A DNA stretch of 63,943 bases from Spizellomyces punctatus DAOM BR117 (taxonomy: Eukaryota), in assembly GCA_000182565.2 (NCBI GenBank), contig KQ257469.1; one strand, given 5' to 3'. Every line of letters starts with the position of its first letter. The first letter of the stretch is position 1. Below, in pieces: positions 54,196 to 63,943 of the stretch. The notes beneath the pieces are model-generated. The model ran no database searches and was not told where the DNA came from. It was given only the letters and a program-made list of their open reading frames with translations. The position numbers were made by a program, and so were the translations under genes.

Positions 54196-54530
54196 ACCAC
54201 GCTGTATGATCTACAAATCATGTGAGATCATGCTGGGATGTCATTAGACAGTTCACATCTGATCTGGCTAAGTTACAACGTGGGGAATTGGACTTCGAGT
54301 AATCAGAATGATCACAGACGCGTGTGGAATGATTTAAAGGGGTAAATCATCATGTAAGCACTCTTAGAAGGTCTGGAAGGTTTGTGATGATCTAGATCTT
54401 CAGGTAATGTTTGCCAAGGCATGGCTGAAGCTGCTGAGCACTGCTGAGCACGGCTGAGCATGTAAACAAGTGGGCTGAAGCATGTAAACAGTAAACAAAG
54501 GCGGAGGGAGGCTGGAGAATGTACTGGGTT
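54177..54530 (+). repeat. LTR 2, shared by units 1 and 2, with the same deletion as LTR 1
   Basis: Identical GGGTT|TGACGG junction at 54530/54531. Confidence 0.9.
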
Positions 54531-54656
54531 TGACGGCCACACCATCTTCCTGACGCACCTATCTTCTTCCCAACCTCATATTTGGACCACCTACCATACC
54601 AGGATGATTTCACCCCTTCCCCAACAACAAAATCCACTCACCAAATCAGCTCAGAC

Positions 54657-57600
54657 ATGTCAAGCACGGACTTGGACACCAAACTCATGATGGAAAAGTT
54701 CAATGGTGTGAACTACCACCTCTGGAAGTTCAAAATGACGATGTTGCTGAAGGAAAAGGGGCTGTGGGGTGTGATTGAGGGGGATGAGAGCATGGAGGGA
54801 ACCTCTGAGAAGGATTGGAGGAGAAGGGATGAGCGGGCAATGGCTGTAATTGCTCTGTCACTGAGTGATGCCCAACTCATGCATGTACAGACCGCTGTAA
54901 CTGCAAAAGAGGCCTGGTTAAAGCTCAGTGACATCCACCAAAGGAAGGGAATTGCCAGTAGGCTCTATCTGAGGAGGAAATTTCTCACTCTGAAGATGGA
55001 AGATGGCGCTGGGGGCATGCTGGGACACATAAACACGGTCAGGACAATGGCTCAGCAGTTGGAGGCCATTGGGGCGCCAGTCAGTGAAGAAGACCAAGTC
55101 ATCACCCTACTCTACAGCCTACCAGAGAGTTATGAACAGCTGGTGGTGTCTTTGGAGGCCAGGAGTGATTCTCTGACGCTGGAATTCCTCACATCACGGC
55201 TTTTGCATGAAGAAACACGCAGAAAGGAAGCTGGGGGTGAAGGAGATAGCAAAGGGAAGGCCTTTTTCAGCAGGGATGGTGGGCAGAAGGTTGGCAAGCA
55301 TGGTGGGACCAAGAAGATAGCAGGGAAGTGCTTCTATTGCAACAAGAAGGGTCACTTCAAGAAGGACTGCAGGAAGTTTCTGGCGGACACCAAACAACAA
55401 GCCAATCAAGCCAGCACCAGTCAGGCAACTCAGAATGAGTTCCTATTCTTTGCTCAGTCGGGAGATGACACCAAAACCTCTCAGGGAGCAGTCTGGTGGA
55501 TTGTGGACTCGGGTGCTTCACAGCACATGTCACACAGGAAGGATTGGATGACCAATTACATGGAGATGTCACCAATTCAAGTCCATCTGGCGGACAACAG
55601 AACAGTTCAGGCAATAGGGAAGGGCCAGATCACACTTGAGACAGGCAGAAACCGATTCTGTACCCTCAGAGACGTGTGGTTTGTTCCCAAGCTTGAAAAG
55701 AACTTGTTTTCAGTAAGAAGAGCCACTGAAAATGGTGCCAAAGTTGAGTTTGGCAGCAAGGGATGCTGTATCAAGACTTCAGACAGTCAGGAAGCAATCC
55801 AGGGAACTCTAGGTGGCGGTCTATACATGTTTCATGCAAGAGAACATGCAAACATAGCCTCTGGAATGAGTTTGGACCTCTGGCATCGCAGGTTAGGACA
55901 CCTGAACGTCAACAGCATCAAAATCTTGGCTAGGAACCAGCTGGGAAGTGGTCTGGAGGTCAAGAATCACACAGAAACATCACCATGTGAAGCCTGTGCC
56001 ATTGGAAAGATTACCAGGTGTCCCTTTCCAAAGGGAGAAGCAGCTAGAGCAGCTCTACTGCTGGGGGTGGTTCACAGTGATGTGTGTGGGCCCATGAAGA
56101 CACCAAGTCATGGTGGGGCAAAGTACTTTGTCACATTCATTGATGACAAGTCAAGGATGATGGCAGTTTATCTTCTGAAGGAGAAGAGTGAGGTTCTCAG
56201 CAAATTCAAGGAGTTTGAGGCCTGGGCAACCAACTTCACGGGGCAGAAGATCAAAACTCTCAGATCAGACAATGGGGGAGAGTATGTGGGCGAAGAATTC
56301 AAGAAATTCTGCAAACAGAAGGGAATTCAGCAGCAATTCAGCACCCCCTACACACCAGAGCAGAATGGTGTTGCTGAGAGGATGAACAGGATGCTGGTGG
56401 AAATGGGAAGGTGCATGCTGCACCACAGTGGACTCAGCTACAAGTTCTGGGGCGAGGCAATCATGACAGCGGCCTATCTCAGGAACAGGAGCCCCACTGC
56501 AGCACTCAGCAACCAATCAACACAATTTCAAGAGTTTACAGGCGGTAAACCAGCTCTCCAGCACCTCAGAGTGTTTGGCTGCATGGCCTACACTCATATT
56601 CCAAAGGAAAAGCGGTCAAAACTTGATGAGAAGGCCAAGAAGGCAGTCATGGTCGGCTACAGCACTCAGAGTAAGGCCTACAGACTGTGGGTACCTGAAA
56701 TGAACCAAGTTGTCATGTCAAGGGACGTCATCTTTGATGAAAACTTGATGTGGAGCACTCAGCAGCGACTGCAGAGTGTACCAAGACCAAGAGCTACAGA
56801 TGCCTCTGGGAGGGGAGCCTTCGTTCTTGGATGACCAAGAAGGGCTAGGGACGGTTCAAGAGACTCAGAGACCATCTAGCATCACTCCAGACAACTCTTC
56901 AGCATCAGAAGATGATGGGGACGACTTCCAGGATGCTGAGGAAGTGCCAGAACTCAGCAGGAAGAGTGCCAGATTTCACAAACCACCGGGAGAGTGGTGG
57001 ATTGCAAAGCCAACTCAGTCAAACCTGGCTTTTGCCTTCACCATTGGGGAAGTTCCACAGGAAGAACCCAGCACTCTGGCTGAAGCTAGGACCAGACATG
57101 ATGCCAAACAGTGGGAGGTGGCTGTCAAAGCAGAATATGACTCTCTGATGGAGAATCAGACGTGGGACTTGGTCAAACTACCACCAGGAAGATCCACAGT
57201 TGGCTGCAAGTGGGTTTTCAAGCTGAAACTCAAGTCAGATGGCTCTGTAGAGCGCTACAAGGCCAGACTGGTAGCCAAAGGATACTCCCAAGTTGAAGGA
57301 CTGGACTACAAGGAGACATTTGCCCCAGTAGTCAAGTTTGCAACCATCAGGACGGTTCTGACACTAGCAGCCATGAAGGACATGGAGATTCACCAAATGG
57401 ATGTCAAAACAGCATTCTTGAATGGGACCATTGAGGAGGACATCTACATGGACCAACCAGAAGGCTTTGCCACGGCAAAAGGACTTGTCTGCAAGCTAAA
57501 GAAGAGTTTGTATGGGTTAAAGCAAGCTCCAAGAGCCTGGAACAAAGTCATTGATGGGCAACTCAAAGAACTTGGCTTTGAAAGGTGTGAATCAGACCAC

Positions 57601-58656
57601 GGGCTGTACATCAACAAGAAGATGGGCATCCACCTAATCCTGTATGTGGATGACCTTATTCTGGCATCAAAGGACGACCAGGAGTTGTTAAAACTCAAAG
57701 AAGAACTCAAGAAGCGGTTCAAGATGGCTGATATGGGCCAGTTAGAGCATTTTCTCGGCATCCAAGTGGTCAGGGACAGAGCCAACAGGTCAATCTGGCT
57801 CTCCCAACAGCGATACCTCGGTCAAACATTGAAGAAATTCAATATGAGTAACAGCAAACCAGTTGCCACACCACTAGAGAATGGCCAGAAGCTCACCAAG
57901 GCCATGTCACCACAAACTGAGGCAGAACAGCAAGAAATGAATGGGGTTCCTTTCAGAAGTGCTGTTGGAAGTCTCATTTATGCAATGCTGGGCACCAGAC
58001 CAGACATAGCAGCGGCAGTTGGATCAGTCAGCCAGTACCTTTCCAACCCCGGACATCAGCACTGGATAGCAGTCAAACGGATCATGCGGTACCTGAATGG
58101 CACCACAGACCTAGGACTTCAACTGGGCGGCATTCAGAGCGAGTGGGAGCTATCTGCATACTCTGATGCAGATTGGGGCGGTGATTTGGACTTCAGGAAG
58201 TCTACCACTGGCTTCTTAGTCAAGATTGGCAGCAGCACAGTCAGCTGGCAAAGCAAGAGGCAACCTACAGTCGCCCTATCATCAACAGAGTCAGAGTACA
58301 TGGCTCTTTGTCAAGCTACCAAGGAAGTTATCTGGTTCAGAACACTTCTAGGCGAGCTAGGACATCAGCAAAGTGGTCCTACAACATTGTATGGTGACAA
58401 TCAGGGTGCCATAGCACTTGCCAACAACCCAACACATCATGCAAGGACCAAACACATTGATGTGTGGCACCACTTCATCAGACAAGCAGTAGAAGACAAG
58501 AAAATCAGCCTCAAGTACTGTCAGACAGAAGAAATGACGGCTGACATTCTCACCAAGGCCTTACCCAAGACAAAACACCTTAAACTTTGTGGTAAAATGG
58601 GTCTCTGTCGGAAATCAGATGATTCACTGAGTGGGAGTGTTGAGATTCAGACTTAA
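54657..58656 (+). pseudogene. Copia gag-pol unit 2, frameshifted
   Basis: 5-bp deletion near 56783 (GTACCAAGACC vs GTACCACAGCAAGACC) splits it into ORFs 54582-56834 and 56776-58656. Confidence 0.9.
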
Positions 58657-59139
58657 ACCACGCTGTATGATCTATAAATCATGTGAGATCATGCTGGGAT
58701 GTCATTAGACAGTTCACATCTGATTTGGCTAAGTTGCAACGTGGGGAATTGGACTTAGAGTAATCAGAATGATCACAGACGCGCGTGGGAATGATTTAAA
58801 GGGGTAAATCATCATGTAAGCACTCTTAGAAGGTCTGGAAGGTTTGTGACGATCTAGATCTTCAGGTAATGTTTGCCAAGGCATGGCTGAAATTGCTGAG
58901 CACGGCTGAGCATGTAAACAAGTGGGCTGAAGCATGTAAACAGTAAACAAAGGCGGAGGGAGGCTGGAGAATGTACTGGGTTATATAAAGGGGACTTTTG
59001 CACGTCTCTGAATTAATGCAAGCATGTTATCCCACAAGTTACTGCACCCAGAAGTCTTACTAGTGGCCACAGGCATTACTAGACCTTTCAGAAGTGATTT
59101 CTACATGGGAAATCAGAGTTCCAAGGGCTAAGTTCAATA
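58638..59139 (+). repeat. LTR 3, full-length (502 bp), shared by units 2 and 3
   Basis: TGTTGAG...TATATAAAG...TTCAATA, followed by a PBS-like sequence. Confidence 0.92.
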
Positions 59140-59153
59140 GGTCATGAGCCCTG
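59140..59153 (+). promoter_or_regulatory. Primer-binding site, half-tRNA-iMet type
   Basis: GGTCATGAGCCCTG directly after the LTR; resembles Drosophila copia GGTTATGGGCCCAG. Confidence 0.7.
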
Positions 59154-59323
59154 ATTGCTATCACTGATATTTTCCTGCTTCAAATCTCTTTCCTGATGGC
59201 CACACCACCTTCCTGACGGACCGGACCTATCCTCTTCCCAGGATCATGTTTGGACCACTTACCACACCAGGATGATTTCACCTCTTCCCCAATGGCAAAT
59301 CCATTCACCAAATCAGCTCAGAC

Positions 59324-62300
59324 ATGTCAAACACGGACTTGGACACCAAACTCATGCTGGAAAAGTTCAATGGTGAGAACTACCACCTCTGGAAGTTCAA
59401 AATGATGATGTTGCTAAAGGAAAAGTGGCTGTGGGGTGTGATTGAGGGGGATCAGAGCATGGAGGGAACCTCTGAGAAGGATTGGAGGAGAAAGGATGAG
59501 CAGGCAATGGCTGTAATTGCTCTGTCACTGAGTGATGCCCAACTCATGCATGTCCAGATGGCTGGGACTGCAAGGGAGGCCTGGTTAAAGCTCAGTGACA
59601 TCCACCAAAGGAAAGGAATTGCCAGTAGGCTCTATCTAAGGAGGAAATTTCTCACTCTGAAGATGGAAGACGGCGCTGGGGGCATGTTGGGACACATAAA
59701 CACAGTCAGGACAATGGCTCAGCAGTTGGAGGCCATTGGGGCGCCAGTCAGTGAAGAAGACCAAGTCATCACCCTACTCTACAGCCTACCAGAGAGTTAT
59801 GAACAGCTGGTGGTGTCTTTGGAGGCCAGGAGTGATTCTCTGATGCTGGAATTCCTCACATCATGGCTTTTGCATGAAGAAACATGCAGGAAGGAAGCTG
59901 GGAGTGAAGGAGATAGCAAAGGGAAGGCCTTTTTCAGCAGGGATGGCAGGCAGAAGGTTGGCAAGCATGGTGGGACCAAGAAGACAGCAGGGAAGTGCTT
60001 CTACTGCAACAAGAAGGGTCACTTCAAGAAGGACTGCAGGAAGGTTCTGGCGGACACCAAAGAGCAGGCCAATCAAGCCAGTACCAGTCAGGCAACTCAG
60101 AATGAGTTCCTATTCTTTGCTCAGTTGGGAGATGACACCAAAAACTCTCAGGGAGCAGTCTGGTGGAATGTGGACTTGGGTGCTTCACAGCACATGTCAC
60201 ACAGAAGGGATTGGATGACCAATTACAAGGAGATGTCACCAATTCAAGTCCATCTGGCAGACAACAGAACAGTTCAGGCAATAGGGAAGGGCCAGATCAC
60301 ACTTGAGACAGACAGAAACCGATTCTGTACCCTCAAAGATGTGTGGTTTGTTCCCAAGCTTGAAAAGAACTTGTTTTCAGTAAGAAGAGCCACTGAAAAC
60401 GGTGCCAAAGTGGAATTTGGCAACAAGGGATGCTGAATCAAGACTTCAGACAGTCAGGAAGCAATCCAGGGAACTCTAGGCAGTGGTCTATACATGTTTC
60501 ATGCAAGAGAACATGCAAACATAGCCTCTGGAATGAGTTTGGACCTCTGGCATCGCAGGTTAGGACACCTGAACGTCAACAGCATCAAAATCTTGGCTAG
60601 GAACCAGCTGGGAAGCAGTCTGGAGGTCAAGAATCACACAGAAACATCACCATGTGAAGCCTGTGCCATTGGAAAGATTACCAGGCGTCCCTTTCCAAAG
60701 GGAGAAGCAGCTAGAGCGGCTCTACTGCTGGGGGTGGTTCACAGTGATGTGTGTGGGCCCATGAAGACACCAAGTCATGGTGGGGCAAAGTACTTTGTCA
60801 CATTCATTGATGACAAGTCAAGGATGACGGCAGTTTATCTTCTGAAGGAGAAGAGTGAGGTTCTCAGCAAATTCAAGGAGTTTGAGGCCTGGGCAACCAA
60901 CTTCACGGGGCAGAAGATCAAAACTCTCAGATCAGACAATGGGGGAGAGTATGTGGGCGAAGAATTCAAGAAATTCTGCAAACAGAAGGGAATTCAGCAG
61001 CAATTCAGCACCCCCTACACACCAGAGCAGAATGGTGTTGCTGAGAGGATGAACAGGACGCTGGTGGAAATGGGAAGGTGCATGCTGCACCACAGTGGAC
61101 TCAGCTACAAGTTCTGGGGCGAGGCAATCATGACAGCGGTCTATCTCAGGAACAGGAGCCCCACTGCAGCACTCAGCAACCAATCAACACCATTTCAAGA
61201 GTTTACAGGCGGTAAACCAGATCTCCAGCACCTCAGAGTGTTTGGCTGCATGGCCTACACTCATATTCCAAAGGAAAAGCGGTCAAAACTTGATGAGAAG
61301 GCGAAGAAGGCAGTCATGGTCGGCTACAGCACTCAGAGTAAGGCCTACAGACTGTGGGTACCTGAAGTGAACCAAGTTGTCATGTCAAGGGACGTCATCT
61401 TTGATGAAAACTTGATGTGGAGCACTCAGCAGCGACTGCAGAGTGTACCAAGACCAAGAGCTACAGATGCCTCTGGGAGGGGAGCCTTCGTTCTTGGATG
61501 ACCAAGAAGGGCTAGGGACGGTTCAAGAGACTCAGAGACCATCTAGCATCACTCCAGACAACTCTTCAGCATCAGAAGATGATGGGGACGACTTCCAGGA
61601 TGCTGAGGAAGTGCCAGAACTCAGCAGGAAGAGTGCCAGATTTCACAAACCACTGGGAGAGTGGTGGATTGCAAAGCCAACTCAGTCAAACCTGGCTTTT
61701 GCCTTCACCATTGGGGAAGTTCCACAGGAAGAACCCAGCACTCTGGCTGAAGCTAGGACCAGACATGATGCCAAACAGTGGGAGGCGGCTGTCAAAGCAG
61801 AATATGACTCTCTGATGGAGAATCAGACATGGGACTTAGTCAAACTACCACCAGGAAGATCCACAGTTGGCTGCAAGTGGGTTTTCAAGCTGAAACTCAA
61901 GTCAGATGGCTCTGTAGAGCGCTACAAGGCCAGACTGGTAGCCAAAGGATACTCCCAAGTTGAAGGACTGGACTACAAGGAGACATTTGCCCCAGTAGTC
62001 AAGTTTGCAACCATCAGGACGGTCCTGACACTAGCAGCCATGAAGGACATGGAGATTCACCAAATGGATGTCAAAACAGCATTCTTGAATGGGACCATTG
62101 AGGAGGACATCTACATGGACCAACCAGAAGGCTTCACCACGGCAAATGGGCTTGTCTGCAAGCTGAAGAAGAGTTTGTACGGGCTAAAGCAAGCTCCAAG
62201 AGCCTGGAACAAAGTCATTGACGGGCAACTCAAAGAACTTGGCTTTGAAAGGTGTGAATCAGACCACGGGCTGTACATCAACAAGAAGATGGGCATCCAC

Positions 62301-63323
62301 CTTATCCTGTATGTGGATGACCTTATTCTGGCATCAAAGGACGACCAGGAGTTGTTAAAACTCAAAGAAGAACTCAAGAAGCAGTTCAAGATGGCTGATA
62401 TGGGCCAGTTAGAGCATTTTCTCGGCATTCAAGTGGTCAGGGACAGAGCCAACAGGTCAATCTGGCTCTCCCAACAGCGGTACCTCGGTCAAACATTGAA
62501 GAAATTCAACATGAGTAACAGCAAACCAGTTGCCACACCACTAGAGAATGGCCACAAGCTCACCAAGGCCATGTCACCACAAACTGAGGCAGAACAGCAA
62601 GAAATGAATGGGGTTCCTTTCAGAAGTGCTGTTGGAAGTCTCATTTATGCAATGCTGGGCACCAGACCAGACATAGCAGCGGCAGTTGGATCAGTCAGCC
62701 AGTACCTTTCCAACCCCGGACATCAGCACTGGATAGCAGTCAAACGGATCATGCGGTACCTGAATGGCACCACAGACCTAGGACTTCAACTGGGCGGCAT
62801 TCAGAGCGAGTGGGAGCTATCTGCATACTCTGATGCAGATTGGGGCGGTGATTTGGACTTCAGGAAGTCTACCACTGGCTTCTTAGTCAAGATTGGCAGC
62901 AGCACAGTCAGCTGGCAAAGCAAGAGGCAACCTACAGTCGCCCTATCATCAACAGAGTCAGAGTACATGGCTCTTTGTCAAGCTACCAAGGAAGTTATCT
63001 GGTTCAGAACACTTCTAGGCGAGCTAGGACATCAGCAAAGTGGTCCTACAACATTGTATGGTGACAATCAGGGTGCCATAGCACTTGCCAACAACCCAAC
63101 ACATCATGCAAGGACCAAACACATTGATGTGTGGCACCACTTCATCAGACAAGCAGTAGAAGACAAGAAAATCAGCCTCAAGTACTGTCAGACAGAAGAA
63201 ATGACGGCTGACATTCTCACCAAGGCCTTACCCAAGACAAAACACCTTAAACTTTGTGGTAAAATGGGTCTCTGTCGGAAATCAGATGATTCACTGAGTG
63301 GGAGTGTTGAGATTCAGGCTTAA
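59324..63323 (+). pseudogene. Copia gag-pol unit 3, disabled
   Basis: Protease DSG changed to DLG, premature TGA at 60434-60436, same 5-bp deletion near 61450. Confidence 0.9.
63296..63304 (+). promoter_or_regulatory. Polypurine tract GAGTGGGAG (also before the LTRs at 54177 and 58638, and reversed at 48771)
   Basis: Purine-rich tract immediately 5' of TGTTG in every 3' LTR. Confidence 0.8.
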
Positions 63324-63817
63324 ACCACGCTGTATGATCTATAAATCATGTGAGATCATGCTGGGATGTCATTAGACAGTTCACATCTGATCTGGCTAAG
63401 TTACAACGTGGGGAATTGGACTTAGAGTAATCAGAATGATCACAGACGCGCGTGGGAATGATTTAAAGGGGTAAATCATCATGTAAGCACTCTTAGAAGG
63501 TCTGGAAGGTTTGTGACGATCTAGATCTTCAGGTAATGTGCGCCAAGGCATGGCTGAAGTTGCTGAGCACTGCTGAGCACGGCTGAGCATGTAAACAAGT
63601 GGGCTGAAGCATGTAAACAGCAAACAAAGGCAGAGGGAGGCTGGAGAATGTACTGGGTTATATAAAGGGGACTTTTGAATGTCTCTGGAGTAATATAAGC
63701 GTGTTATCCCACAAGTTACTGCACCCAGAAGTCTTACTAGCGACCACAGGCATTACTAGGCCTTTCAGAAGTGATTTCTACACGGGAAATCAGTGTTCCA
63801 AGCGCTAAGTTTCAATA
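63305..63817 (+). repeat. LTR 4, full-length (513 bp)
   Basis: TGTTGAG...TTTCAATA. Confidence 0.93.
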
Positions 63818-63943
63818 CTTCTCCCTTTGGAAAGGGATGCCTGGTGATCTTTCCATGGCACAGGCTTCACATGGTGATGTTTCTGTGTGATTCTTGACCT
63901 CCACCCCGCTTCCCAGCTGGTTCCTAGCCAAGATTTTGATGCT
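63818..63943 (-). mobile_element. Inverted copia internal fragment (GAG-pre-integrase region), continues beyond the window
   Basis: Reverse complement of about 51449-51574. Confidence 0.88.

Larger units (their letters stand above)
49710..63817 (+). mobile_element. Tandem array of three Ty1/copia units sharing four LTRs
   Basis: LTRs start at 49710, 54177, 58638 and 63305; units of 4467, 4461 and 4667 bp, each gag-PR-IN-RT-RH. Confidence 0.95.

Noticed and set aside
56776-56834. Programmed ribosomal frameshift between integrase and RT in units 2 and 3
   Set aside because: Unit 1 and the 46.9-kb fragment are continuous here; it is a simple 5-bp deletion
46212-63623. Recurring short antisense ORFs in LTRs (…AMPWQTLPEDLDHHK…)
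   Set aside because: They recur only because the LTR is repeated; lengths and ends vary with indels and no domain is recognisable

Overview
Eukaryotic, fungal-type genomic window with many short GT-AG introns; the gene set and style suggest an early-diverging fungus such as a chytrid (inference). Bases 1 to about 45.8 kb hold 16 densely packed genes: HDAC (partial), SMYD-type SET protein, TCP11/SOK1-like, RBM25/SNU71-like, PXMP4, RNR1, DDB1, a small PY-motif membrane protein, OTU deubiquitinase, GCDH, SNF2 helicase, VDAC, MYST acetyltransferase, importin-7/8, glucosidase I and BMS1. From about 45.8 kb to the end the window is a CpG-depleted nest of one Ty1/copia family, including a three-unit shared-LTR tandem array, plus a Ty3/gypsy fragment. 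The standout is a 520-aa intein with a LAGLIDADG homing endonuclease, inserted in frame in the nuclear, intron-containing ribonucleotide reductase large subunit at [11 protein letters not shown] (10807-12366, minus strand). Its first LAGLIDADG motif has Asn where the catalytic acidic residue is expected. Gene spans include introns, and exon boundaries were read by eye.
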